Shown: in pieces, positions 32,642 through 44,800 of the stretch
Layout of the letters: every line of letters begins with the position of its first letter
Position numbering within the stretch: position 1 is the first letter of the stretch
From: a virus
Taxonomy: Duplodnaviria > Caudoviricetes
Reading direction: 5' to 3' (one strand)
Virus record (IMG/VR): IMGVR_UViG_3300010151_000015
Coordinates: 1-56,285 of that record
DNA length: 56,285 nt
The notes under the pieces: generated by a model
Told to the model about the DNA's origin: nothing
The model's input: the letters and a program-made list of their open reading frames with translations, nothing else
Databases searched by the model: none
Program-made: the position numbers and the translations under genes

Positions 32642-33229
32642 ATGCTTGAGTTCAGAGAAGCAGACCATGTATATACATGGAATGGGGAGAGGGTAGTGTC
32701 AGTGACACAGGCCCTTGACCCGCTCAGTGATTATGGTGACATCCCAGACTGGATCATGGCCAAGGCTGCTGCCAGGGGCACATCCGTTCACCTGATCACT
32801 GAGTACTATGACAACGGTATGCTCGGAGACTATCCGGACGAACTAGAGCCTTATTTGTCCGCCTGGGAAAAGTTCCTGGCCGATACCGAGTTCGAGATCG
32901 AGCAGGTGGAGAACAGGGTTTATCACACCTTGTACCAGTATGCAGGCTGCATTGACAGGGTAGGCCGGTTCCCGAAGAGTAAGAAGCAGCCCAAGGCTAT
33001 ACTGGACATAAAGACGACAGCGAAGCTCATGCCCCAGGCAGGGCCACAACTGGCAGCATACCTCGAAGCGTACAACCTAACGAACAAGGAAGATCCCGCT
33101 ACTCAGCGATGGATTTGCCAGTTGAAGGACGATGGCACATACATATTGGCGCAGCACACGGACAAGACAGACCTGTCTACCTTCCTGAGTTGCCTGAACA
33201 TTTCTAAGTGGAGAGAGAGGAATCTATGA
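32642..33229 (+). CDS. PD-(D/E)XK exonuclease-like protein
   Basis: SVTQAL, AARGTSVH, YAGCIDR, ILDIKT and QLAAY. Confidence 0.88.
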   Translation: MLEFREADHVYTWNGERVVSVTQALDPLSDYGDIPDWIMAKAAARGTSVHLITEYYDNGMLGDYPDELEPYLSAWEKFLADTEFEIEQVENRVYHTLYQYAGCIDRVGRFPKSKKQPKAILDIKTTAKLMPQAGPQLAAYLEAYNLTNKEDPATQRWICQLKDDGTYILAQHTDKTDLSTFLSCLNISKWRERNL

Positions 33230-34047
33230 TCGTGAAAGAGCCGAAGAAGTTTATTAACTACTACAACACAGAGTCATGGCAGTTGCTCAAACATGCCGCG
33301 CATATCAGGGACAGGTGGGCCTGCATAATTTGCGGACATCACATTGAGGATTCCGCAGACATCGTAATAGACGGTCACCATAGGTTTTACTACCACCATA
33401 GGCCGGAGTTCAAGGGCCTGGAATACCCTCTTGAGTCCATCGCCACTCTCTGCAGGGCCTGCCATGACAAGGTGACGGCTCTGAATGAGAACCTTTACCG
33501 CAACAATTTCGGTGAAGTGGAGCTGAACAATGATGACTGGGCGGAAGAGATGAGGGTGAAGTTATTCCCTGGGGAGACAACTAAGTGGGATTTCAACGCG
33601 ATTACAGAGCGCCAGCTAACCCTGGTAGAACCCGTAACACCCGTAACAGTGGAGGACATAACCCAGGCCAAGCCTATCGGTGGCCTCCGAAAGAATGGTG
33701 GGCCAGCAATAGTCTATGACGCGATATGGGACCAGGGAAAACATGCGCTTGTGCCGAGAAGGGATATAGACAAAGCAGTTACCGGCAGACTAAAGACTGG
33801 GCTGAAGACAGAAGATGCGTATATCACTGATACGCTCTCCGCCTTGGTTCGCAATAACCATATCGGGATGGAGTTAAATCATTCCAAAGAGAGGGTGTAC
33901 TTAATCCCCGATCTGGAAGCCCAGGCCCTGGTACAGGAGAACGACATCCCTCCGCAGAAGCGGAACGTGAAAGATATTTTTATCAGTGTGGCGGCGGTGT
34001 TCATCATCGCGGCCTGCGCTGCAGTGACGTATACAGTACTTACTTAA
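33226..34047 (+). CDS. HNH-endonuclease-domain protein with C-terminal TM anchor
   Basis: YYNTESW...RDRWACIICG...GHHRFY...TLCRACHDKV; C-terminal IFISVAAVFIIAACAAVTYTVLT. Confidence 0.75.
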   Translation: MIVKEPKKFINYYNTESWQLLKHAAHIRDRWACIICGHHIEDSADIVIDGHHRFYYHHRPEFKGLEYPLESIATLCRACHDKVTALNENLYRNNFGEVELNNDDWAEEMRVKLFPGETTKWDFNAITERQLTLVEPVTPVTVEDITQAKPIGGLRKNGGPAIVYDAIWDQGKHALVPRRDIDKAVTGRLKTGLKTEDAYITDTLSALVRNNHIGMELNHSKERVYLIPDLEAQALVQENDIPPQKRNVKDIFISVAAVFIIAACAAVTYTVLT

Positions 34048-34062
34048 CCAAGGAGAACGTAA

Positions 34063-34755
34063 ATGACAGAGTTTAATACCGAGATCCCAGCAGAGTTCAG
34101 CCAACTAGCTGACGCGATCAGCAAGATCTTCGACAACATGCCGGACCTACTAAAGATAGAGGATGACACCCACTATCAATACGTCAACGAGCAGTGCGTC
34201 AATATCAAGGCCTCCCTGAAGAAGGTCAAGCGCCTGGAGAAGGACCTCACAAAGCCGCTTAATGATGCGAAGAACGAGATCATTGCCCATTTCAAGCCGA
34301 CAGTGAAGGACTGGGAAGCCTCTGAGAAGCAGATGAAGGACGCAATGATTGCGTACACGCAGGAGCAAGAACGCAAGCGCCAGCAGGCTGAAGCAGAAGC
34401 TGTTGATAAGGAGCGCAAGGCCAGGGAGCGACTAGAGAAGAGGGCTGAAAAAGCCATCGAGAAGGGGGACGTGTCGAAGGCCGAAAACCTGCTGAGTCAA
34501 GCAGGCAGTGTAACGTCTGCCGTAAAGGCTCCGGAGGCTGTCAAGGCGGAAGGACAGTCTGTGAGAGAGAAGTGGACAGCAGAAGTCACGGATCTCATGG
34601 CATTAGTACAAGCTGTTGCTGCGGGGACTGTCCCCATTAACGCGCTAATAGCCAACCAATCATTCCTCGATTCCCAGGCCAAGGCTATGAAAGAAACCTT
34701 GAGCTACCCCGGAGTAGAGGCTAACAAGAAACTATCATTAGTGGTGAGATCATGA
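34063..34755 (+). CDS. Coiled-coil phage recombination-module protein
   Basis: 230 aa; TKPLNDAK, long coiled coil, REKWTAEVTD and YPGV; AGGAG RBS. Confidence 0.7.
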   Translation: MTEFNTEIPAEFSQLADAISKIFDNMPDLLKIEDDTHYQYVNEQCVNIKASLKKVKRLEKDLTKPLNDAKNEIIAHFKPTVKDWEASEKQMKDAMIAYTQEQERKRQQAEAEAVDKERKARERLEKRAEKAIEKGDVSKAENLLSQAGSVTSAVKAPEAVKAEGQSVREKWTAEVTDLMALVQAVAAGTVPINALIANQSFLDSQAKAMKETLSYPGVEANKKLSLVVRS

Positions 34756-35078
34756 GCAAGAATAATACCAACCATTGTATTTTTAGTGGCAACCTGGGCA
34801 GAGATCCAGAGATCAGGTATCTGGATGACGGTACAGCGGTGTGTGATTTTCCGCTGGCTGTAGGCTGGAAGACCAAAACGAAAGAAGGGACCGAGTGGGT
34901 TAACTGTGTGGCCTGGGGAAAATTGGCCGAAATTTGCGGCGAGTACCTCAAGAAAGGGGCCTTCGTTATTGTCGAGGGACAGCAGCGTACTCGTAGCTGG
35001 GAGAAGGATGGCCAGAAGCACTACAAGACCGAGACGGTTCTGGATAAGATGGAAATGGCTGGGCCGAGGGAAGGCTGA
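34752..35078 (+). CDS. ssb: Single-stranded DNA-binding protein
   Basis: GNLGRDPEIRY, TEWVNCVAWGKLAEICGEYLKKG..V.VEG..RTRSWEKDGQKHYKTE. Confidence 0.95.
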   Translation: MSKNNTNHCIFSGNLGRDPEIRYLDDGTAVCDFPLAVGWKTKTKEGTEWVNCVAWGKLAEICGEYLKKGAFVIVEGQQRTRSWEKDGQKHYKTETVLDKMEMAGPREG

Positions 35079-35386
35079 TGCAGGATCTAGGTGATGCTAC
35101 ACACTATAGCGTAGGGCTTGGAGAGTGGTTTAGGGTAGGCCGACACGGCATGCTCTTCAGATGGCTCAACGGTGGCTGGCAAAGAACCAGTGTCGAGAAG
35201 ACGACTCTACTCACAAGAGAAGAGTATGAGGACTACCGCCACCGAGGGCAGATTAGAAAGGAGCAGCAGGCAGCAAGAGATCGCAGGAAGAGGGAGGCGC
35301 GTTCGGCAGCAGCATGCGATGTTGTACAACAGCTTAAGCTAGAAGGCTCGGCGGAAACGAGCGCGATGGGTGCAGAACAACCGTAA
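35078..35386 (+). CDS. Hypothetical protein
   Basis: 102 aa, TGATG-coupled to ssb. Confidence 0.6.
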   Translation: MQDLGDATHYSVGLGEWFRVGRHGMLFRWLNGGWQRTSVEKTTLLTREEYEDYRHRGQIRKEQQAARDRRKREARSAAACDVVQQLKLEGSAETSAMGAEQP

Positions 35387-35480
35387 AAAGTAACCATGCT
35401 GGATGGCCGTCATTTGCATCAGCCGCGATTGACGCTTAGGGTCCGTGGCCCACATCCGGCTCCATTATTAAGGGGAGATT

Positions 35481-35675
35481 ATGCAGATAAGAGTCAGAGA
35501 AGACGGCGGAGCGATGATCATCAGCGCAGGCAGGATGTTTGAGATCCAGCCCGACATGGTCGTGAGAGGAGGGGAGGTACTCCACGGCATTAAGGTCACC
35601 GTGAAAAACGAGGGTGACGATGGAGACCCCATCTGTGTCCTGCCAAAGTCTCACCAGTGCATTGAGATCTATTAG
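35481..35675 (+). CDS. Hypothetical protein
   Basis: 64 aa with a GGGGAG RBS. Confidence 0.55.
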   Translation: MQIRVREDGGAMIISAGRMFEIQPDMVVRGGEVLHGIKVTVKNEGDDGDPICVLPKSHQCIEIY

Positions 35676-35834
35676 TGCCGAAGAAGAAAAAGATCCAGTT
35701 ACCTCCGGCCAACTTCGGTCATAAGAACGGGATACTGGTGTTCTCTGCCCCCAGGGAGAACCTAAATCCTCTCCTGGGGAATCATGTCACTGGGCCTGAT
35801 GGCAAGTGCGAGGCCTGTGAAGAGTTGAAGAAAC

Positions 35835-38800
35835 TTAAAAGTTGTCCTTCGTAGCATCGTGAATGATCTTGGTCAGCTTGGCCTTCCGGATCTTTATCAG
35901 CGATAGCTCCTGAGTTTTCTTGGGACCGCTCTTCTTCGTACTGGAATGGATGATCTTCATCCTCCGGTTGAGCTTCCCCAGCTCTAGCCTCTGCTTGTTG
36001 TAGTAGTCCTCCAGGCCCATGATGTCATTGTTCTTCTTCATCAACCTCTCGGCCTTATCCCACTCCTGATTTTCCCTGGCCTGCCTTATAGCCCCAGCAA
36101 CCATACTGATCTCATCCCCACGCTCATAGAACAGGGAGGTGTACTTGGTATTGTTCGGGTTGGGGTCCTTGGCAAACCGCTTTATGATTGGATAATCTCT
36201 CCATGTCATCGATGGTGCAGTCGGTGCGTCAGTCAGTGGTCTGGTGATCACCGTATCAGCAAGTCCTATGGCAGAGGCCCCCAGCCATCCCAGGTAGCCC
36301 CTGGTGAGGTGTTCTATCTGTACAGGGGAGAATGTGAGCTTCTCATGCATCACCGCTCCCATGGCTTCTGAGGCCTTTATAGCGGTAGGACTTGTCCAGG
36401 GCCGCTTCCTCGATGTAGCCGGTAAATTCTGCAGATCCATACCCAAGGATTCAATCCGCCTGCCGGTATACCAGTTGGTGTTGGTCATCACTTCAGCATA
36501 AGGCTTGGCGATCTGTGGCACTGGGTTGAATGCAAACGTGTCCAGCAGCACATGGCCCAGGCGCTCCCCGAGTAGACTCAGGTTGGCCTCATCATCAGCG
36601 AACTGCTCAACAACCCGCTCTGCTATCGTTGCGAATGCTCCTACCTCGAAAGGCCTGGGCAATGCCCACAGGGTTCCGGTAGGGTCACCTGGGATCTTGA
36701 ACAGGTGATAAGCGTCACGCTCCCACTGCTCTCGTTCCTTGTAATCCTCGTCGTCTTTCATTGACAGGTACATCACCACGGATGCTGCAGCATAAGCCGT
36801 AGTGACCCCTATCCATTGCTTCTTCTGGTTCGGATCTACAGCGGCACGGTAGTTCTTGTCCAGGCCCTGGAGTCTGGCGTTCAGGAAAGGTACTGTCTGG
36901 GATAGATACCTGATGGCCCAGCTAGACCCAGTCCTGTCAAAGGCAAGGTGATCCCGTGCCTCAAAGTTGCGGTCAAGGCGGTTACCAGTTGACTGCACAT
37001 AGTTAGCCGCACGGTTGACATTCTCACCCCGTACACCCAGGTCCTGATACTTGTTGTATGGAGTGGCAACCAGCTTCCGGAGCATGTTCTTGATCTTGTT
37101 ACGGCTATCGAGAATGTTGTCTCGGCCCACACCATTGGACATTAACCGGTCAATAGCATCCTTATCTCCACCATGGACATAGCCTGCATCGCCAAAGATC
37201 CCGCCGCCGGCCAGCATCTCAAGGTAGGTCTTGCCTTCCTTGTCAGTAGCCTGCCAGCCCTGGTAGATGTTCTTCGCAGGATTGACGCTCATGTTGGCAA
37301 CAGCCATCGCCTGGATCGAGTCTCTCAGGAGGTTGGCTATCTTAAATTCTGGGCTAAGGGTCACACCAAAGGTCAGCGCCCTCTTGAATGCCCTGGTCGT
37401 CTTCATCACCCCGTTGTTCAGGCCGTTCCAGTTCAGGGCCGTCAGCGAATCCAGTACCAGCTTGCCCTCTGGTGACTCGTCAATGTTCCACCACTGCTCC
37501 TGGCCGTTGACCATAGTGAAGATGGATTTACTCCCCCTTCCCTTGCGATTTATCTTCTTGGCCAGGGGTACGCCGTTAGTGGTGACCATGTTCTGGGCAG
37601 AGTTAAGCGCAGCGTTGGCCGCATTGTTCTTCAGAGTGGCCGATATCAGGTGATGCCAGTTGGACATGACGTTAGCCAGGGGGTCCTTCAGTGCGCTGTC
37701 CCTGCCGGTCAGTTCCTTGAAGGCCTTCTGTCTGATCAGTCCAGCATCACTGCCGCCTATCATCCTGGGGCCTGCTACATTAGCCTCCTCCATCAGTACA
37801 CGGTAGAAGGGGACATAGAATCCATCGTTCCTCCACTCCATGGCCTGCTTCTTATCTATCAGTCCGGACTCAATCGCCATATCGTAGACAGAGTTCTGCA
37901 GCTCCTCGAAATCCTTGCGAACATCCTCGAACATCTGCTCGTTACCCTTGTTCAGGGTCTTGAGCGCAGCGATCTGTTGATCAGTGAAGTGCTTCTCTTT
38001 GCTGGTCCCGTCCTCGTTGGTCTGGCCCTTCAGCTTCTCAGCCCTATGACCTATCTGCCACCACAACCACTTGTTGAGCAGCTCACCCTTCAGCGGAGCA
38101 GCCAGCTCTTGGAAGCTCTTAGAGCCTTCCTTGATCCCGATAGCCCCGTCCTCCATTATGAGACCAGCGCCTATAACCTTACCCTTATGCGCGGTTCCCA
38201 TGAGGACCTGCATCGCGCCGACTGCAGAGTTGGTCATGTTGGCCATCTTCCATGTCTTGTCACTCTTCAGGACGCTATTAAAGCTGGCGTACTGATCCAC
38301 CATGCCCTGGCGGAATACCTTGGCCCCGTGACTGGCCATCTCTTTCACCCCAGATAGATCCTTGAAAGTCTCTACCATGGACTGAATGCTTTCTTTTACC
38401 TGGGTGGCTACGGTTGGTGGACCCTGGGTCCTGCCTCCACCGTGAGTGATGGCCTCGTCCTGCTCTGGGGTGTACCGCGAGTCCTCATCTTCGGAGAACT
38501 GGGTATCGCCCATCCCCAGGGAACTCATTACCTCTTCCCTGCTGTACCTCTGGTCAGGGGATAATATGTCATCCAGGCCAACGGATTCTAGCTCCCCCTT
38601 TTTTATCCCAGGCAATCTCGAAATTTTACGCAAAATTTCGCGGCCTCGTGCCGACTTCCCAGCAGCCCACTGTGGGAGCTTCATCTCAGAAATCGCTTTT
38701 TGTATGCCGCCCATCACAGGTGACACAGGTTTTTCAGTCTCAGGAGCATTTTCCTGGGAGAATAATGTCTGCCCCTCCATAGCCTTCTGGCGCATCTTGT

Positions 38801-41800
38801 CGGTGATGGGGATGGTCTGGACTTCTAGTGCAGTCTCTGGTGGCTCTCTCCAATCAATGATTGAATCAACAGAGGGAGGCCCAGTCGGAGCCTCGGCTTC
38901 TCGTGTTTGTATGCTAGTGGTCCCCAGCCTAGCCTTCTTGTCCAGCTTACGAGCAGCGTCCTTCATTAGGTTGGGGACTAGGCGATCATAGAAATTCTTC
39001 ATGCCCTTGCCGCCAACATTCAGATCCAAACCAGACAGAACCTTGATCTGCCCCCATTGCTTGTCCTGTTCGCCATTCACTATCTTCTCTGTCAGCTCCT
39101 TGCCAAAGATGCCGGCCATCTTCTTCTCCGGAACCGAAGACATATCCTGACCACCGACACGATCCAAAGCAGCCGCGTCTGGGCCTGCTCCCTTTCGAGT
39201 AACGAATACCTTGTATGTCCCGTCATCGTTTTTCTGGTAAGCAATTTTTTCTACATGCTCTTCCAGCCGGTATCTGTCAGCTTGTGTCTGGCCATCAGTC
39301 CAAGCCACCTGATCATATCCACCCTCCGCCGCCATACGCAGAGCCTTCTTCAGACCCAGAGCCACCCAGTCATTACCTTTGAACGGACCATCGGGCGGGG
39401 CGTATGTCCATGCAGCATCGTGCATCTTCTTGTGTTCTTTCGCTAACGCTATAGTCTCAGGAGTAGCGTCCTTCTTGGAATCGTACTCCTCGTTTTCGCG
39501 GATGAACCTCATCGCTTGGAACGTGGTGTCGTAACCCCAGTTATTCTCCTCCTTCAATTTGTTTCTCAAATCAAGGGCGGTCTTCTTTTTACGCTCCCTA
39601 GTCTTCTCGGTGACTGTCTCCTTATATCCGGAGTCCTTCCCCTTTTGATGCCAGTCGCTCTGGATCTCCTCGATGAATAAGATCCTCTCACCATTGCTGG
39701 TGGTGCGATCATCGACTCGCATGTGCATTATTACGTTAGGCTTTTCTCTACCGTAGTGGCCGCTCTCATAATTACGAGGAACCCCAGCGTCTATGTTTGC
39801 GCGAACCAACGCCCTCCTCTCATTCAGCGCGGACATTTCTCGGCCTGTTGGCGTTGTTACCTTCCACCAGCCTTTATCATTATCGGGAATCTCTTCTGCC
39901 GTATACCCTTCCGGCATGGTCGTGCCTCTCTCAGGCAGACTCAACAGGATTTCTCTATAGTTCTCACCGCCAGGGACAATCAGCGATCCTTTCCCGTAAT
40001 GGGCCGTGGTTAGAGCAACGCCGGTATGCTCAATATATTCTCTGGCGAGTTCATCAAGGGCGTCTTCCTCTTCCTCCCAGTATCTATCTTCTCCGTAGTC
40101 ATCCCCTAACGTCTCTTCGGTGGCCTTATCTACGGCGTAGACCTTGCCGGTTCTCGCTCGAACACGGAACTCGGTTCTCTCAGCCACTTTCTCCATTGCC
40201 CTCTCGTGACGCTCCTCCTCAGAGATTTCACCGAGCCTTGTGGTCTCGATCTGTATACCGTTGTTATCCACATAGGCCTGCAGCTCTTCGAGAGATAGCT
40301 TGCCCTTGTGTGCATCGATGAACTCCTCCAGATCCAGAGCCTCGATCTCAGCCTGCTTGACCCCAGGTAGCCCCTTCAATGTGTTGAACATCTGTCGGGC
40401 CGGACCTTTGGTCTGCTTCATACTGGACACAGCCCTGGATAGGCCGGAGAAGAAACCATCGTTCACTGGCGCGTCATCCTGGGAGAACAATGGCTGTCCA
40501 CCCATAGCGCCTTCACGCATCTTGTCTGTGATCTGGATCTTGTGGATGCCGACCATGCCCAACTCAGTAGGCACACCCATACCGTCCCACTCAACCCTGG
40601 CCTTCTTGTCTAGCTTCCGGCCCACAGTCTTCATCAGGTTAGGCACAGTCTTGTCGTAGAAGGAGATCATCCCCTCACCACCAACGTCCAGATCCAGGCC
40701 TTTTATCCTAGAGGCACTTGACTCAATGGAGTTCGGCGGGTTCTTCTGGCCCTCGTCATTAACGATCCGCTGCGCGAGTTCCTTGCCAACTACCTTGTTC
40801 AGCTCTTCAGCCGTGTAGGTATCATCGATAGCCATGGCAGAAGAAATAGCACCCTTGCCTGTGGCTGATATCTTGTAACGATCAACAGGAGCAATGTCCA
40901 GATCAAGATCATCGTTCTCCTCTATCATGAAGTCTCTTTCTTGCTCGGCTACTTCCCTGGTGGCGTAGATTTTCTTCACCTTGCCGTCAAGGGTCACCCC
41001 GAAGTGGCCCACCTTCTCGTAAGTGACGCTCGTTATGTTCTGTCGGAGGTTGTACCTGTCGGCCTGGGTGTTGCCGGTTGTCCATGCAACAGAGTCGTAC
41101 CCGCCCTCTGCCGCCATGCGTAACGCCTTCTTCATCCCAAGCTCTACCCAGGAGTTGTTCTTGAAGGGGGTTGGACTGGGCCTGTTCTCCCTGGCGAAGT
41201 GTTCGTCAGAGGACATCATCCCTTCCTCGTCCCATCGAGCATCAGCCTTGTTCGCGTCATTCTCGGCAGCCCACCAGTCACTCTGGATCTCTTCCAAGAA
41301 AAGTATCTTCTCTCTCCTGGCAGAAGTTCTATCATTGACGCGCAAATGCAGCAGCAGGTTGGGGGAGTCTGGGAAGTGACTGCCAGTATAATCCTCAGTA
41401 CCTTTCTTCACTTTATCCACCTTGTTAATGGATAATGGATAGGCCTCAAGGCGCTGAGTAATCACATCTCCCGCTGGGCGCTCTCCAACATGCAGGTTCT
41501 GATTATCATTGTCGGGGTCATATTGTTCTGTCCATGCCTGTTCCGCCTCTTCTTGAGTAGCATAGGCCTCGATAATGTTGCCATCATCAAACAGCCCCCA
41601 CCTCCTAGTTAGGCTTTCATATTGATCCACATGAGCCTCGGCCTCTTCTCTAGTAGAGAAATCAGCAGGGAACGCTCCTTCAACCTCGAAGTAATCTGTC
41701 TCGGACTCTTGTCTTGACGGCAGGGTAAACAGGATTTCCCTGTAGTTGTCTCCGCCTGGGAGGTTGAGCAAGTGGCTGCTGTATTCTGTCTCATCCTTGC

Positions 41801-44800
41801 CGAACTTGTTCTGCTTCCACTCAAAGTCAGACATCTCATCGAACTCTTCGTCGGTCAGAGAAGATTCATTAAGAGGGGGCCTTGGGCCAAGGGGGTCCAC
41901 ACCCTCCTTATCCGCCAGCTCCTGCCATCGGGCAGTCTCCCTAGCGGTCAGAGCCTTAACTTTACCCAGGGTCTTAGTCTCAACCTGCACACCATTGGCG
42001 TCAACGTACTCTTGTAGCTGCTCCTTGGTGAGCTTGCCCTCATGGGCCTCAATGAACTCTTCCAGATCCAGGGCCTTGATCTCATCTTGCTTGACCCCAG
42101 GCATCTTCTTCAGCGTCTCGAACATCTGCTTGGCTGGACCCTTGCCCTGCTTCATATTCGATACAGCGCGGGATAGGCCAGAGAAAAAGCCCTCCTTGTC
42201 TTGGGTGTCAGTGTCCTGGGAGAGTTGTGAAGGGAACTGCCTGACGTTGTCTACTTTCCAATACTTGTTGATCAATGTTGCGAGGTATTCATTGGCGTGT
42301 TCTGCCAGTGCCGCTGACTCGTTACCCCTCTGCTCCAGTAGATCCTTACCCGCAGCAGGCTTCCCATCTCCAGCCTGCCTTCTCTTGGTTGCGATCCATG
42401 TAGCAATTCGGCGCTTGTCAATGCTTGGCCCCGTCCCAGGCTCAGAGATACTACCCATCTCTATCGCAGGATATCCTGTGAGATCCCCAGTCCGGAGAAA
42501 CTCTATCATCGCTTGGGGATCGTTCTTGAAGGCCTTCTCTTCCGGCGCTCGAACAGTATCGTGATACTCGCCCAGCTCTTTCATTGACCAGCCACCCATC
42601 AACGCCGTCTGGGCCTTCTCCAATCTGTCCGGATCATTAGACTTACTGGTTGCCTCAAGGATGGTCTGCACATCAGCATTGGGCAGGAACGATAGGCTCT
42701 CTACTCGCTCGTTGAATGCTGCATTAGGATCGTTGTCCTGGGACAGGCTGATGTTAGGCTTGCCCTTGAAGTCTGGATCAAACGCAGCAGTCGCTGCTCG
42801 GACCTCTCCAGTACCGAACATGCCTACATTGCGCTCATCAAACTGGGGGTTGTCCTCGTCCGGATGGTAGTAGCCCTCATGGACGTAGAACCCTGAGTAG
42901 CCAGACTCCATTAGCGTGTCAATGACGATAGGATCTTCGATGTCGCTGAACAAAGCATTGCTCTGAACAATCCCTTCCACTATCTCCGCCGCATCTTTTG
43001 CCGGATCATCATAGGCCAGCCCCTTTAGGTGGTCTTCTAATCGCAGTAAGAGATCTTCGTTATGCTCTTCGTTGTTGGTGTCGAACACATCGTCAGTGTT
43101 GATCAGGACCTTGGTGATCGCCGGAGCGTCATCCGGCTTGGCCATCTGGGAATTAGGAGGTGGAACCCTGGAAAAGTCTTCCGCAACTGTGGTCTCGTGA
43201 GAGAAGAACAGGATGCCTGGGTGGGTATCCATGTTGCGATCTGCCCTCTGGCCTCTGAACCAGGGGTTGTCTGGGTCCATGCCCATAGACACAGCTCTCT
43301 TCATGCGAGAGACCATGTCCATAGGTAAGCCCTTGTCTACTGCTTGCTGATACTCCTCTGCTACCTCTTGGGATAGCTGGGCATCTAAGTCTTGCGGCTC
43401 GGTATCTTCATCCCTACCTGATAGCGCGTCTCGTCCGGTGAGCTTCTGTCCAGGCCTGCTTTGATACCGGCCAATTGCCTCTTGTAGGCTTTCAGTGCGT
43501 GAGGACGGGAACCGGATTTCTCCAGCCGCTTTATCCCCGCCTCTAGTTGAGCTTTTAGTGAATTGGTCATAATTCTCTATCCCTATTACCAAAGTATCGT
43601 ACTTGTACGTTGAAGTATACGCGACAGATTCTTCCTGTTCAAGCACATCTACGATGTCATCCAACGCCTCTTCAGCCTTGGTGTACTCTGCCTCGATAGC
43701 CTCCGGCGTAGACATCTCCGCCTGGAAGTCCTCGCTCCACCGAGCAGAGAACTCCGGTATGTGCTGATGCCTGAAGCCTATGAACCTATCCTTGTCCCCC
43801 CTGGCGTCAGCCCTGGGGTCTACGATCAGCGTGAAGCCTTTAATACCAGCGTCTCTAGCGATATCTACTATCTTCTCGGCGTCAACCTGATCCAGATCTT
43901 GCTTAAAGTAGACCTCGAACCCAGGCCTAGCGTTGTCGCTCTCTTCTTCCGGACCCATTATGCGAGAAACAAACGTATCCCACTGGTCATTCTCCTTGGA
44001 GATCTGGGCTACTTCTTGGATGAATGATCGTTCATCAAAGTCTGTCTTGCTGGCAGTAACCTCTAGGTCAAATGCCCTCTCATAATCACCATCGTATTCG
44101 CCAACGGAATCCGCAGCACGGAAGATCTTGACTCCCGTCATAGCCCCCAGGCTGTCAACCAACCTCCTGGCCACAGTGAACATCTTCTTGTCTCTGACCT
44201 TGTTCTTCTTCTGCACTGACAGTCCGGACATCCACCTTCCCAAGTGAGCCTTGGCCAGCTCTCCCTCGAAAGATCCTCCGGCAGCACCGACCTTGGTAGT
44301 CCAGTCGTTCTTCGGATCGCCCCATAATTCTTTCTCCATGAACCACGCCAGGGCTTGCAATTCGTGCGGCTCCATCTCAAGCTCATCAGCCGCCAGCTTG
44401 AATACGTCCTGCCCAAACCTGAACTGTCCTCCTGGGGTAAGGTCTTTCTTTATCTCTCCGGTGACGCCACGCTCCACAATAGTGGGGACACGCTTCTCTC
44501 CCGCCAACCTCTGCAGCATCCTCGCTGCCCATACATCTATTGTTGCGTCATTGAGAGCGCCTATCAGATTCTGAGCAAAGGTCTTGGCCTTCGGCGCACC
44601 CTCGCGCTTGAACTGTCTGAACAAATTTAACAGCCCATCCATGACCCCCTTCTGCTTGGCCCAGGTTCCGAACCCTTTGCCATTAGGCCTTGTAGGCTGC
44701 ATTCCATTAAAGGCCTTGTAGTCCTCTTCCTTCTGGCTCCCTCCCTCGTCAAGGTACATCTGGTAGTCGGCAAGCGCCCCCATGATCTTGGGGTCCTTGT

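Noticed and set aside
35398-35464. tRNA-like element ending in CCA
   Set aside because: No T-loop (GTTCRA), no D-loop GG in position, and no cloverleaf. Kept only as a generic structured-RNA candidate.
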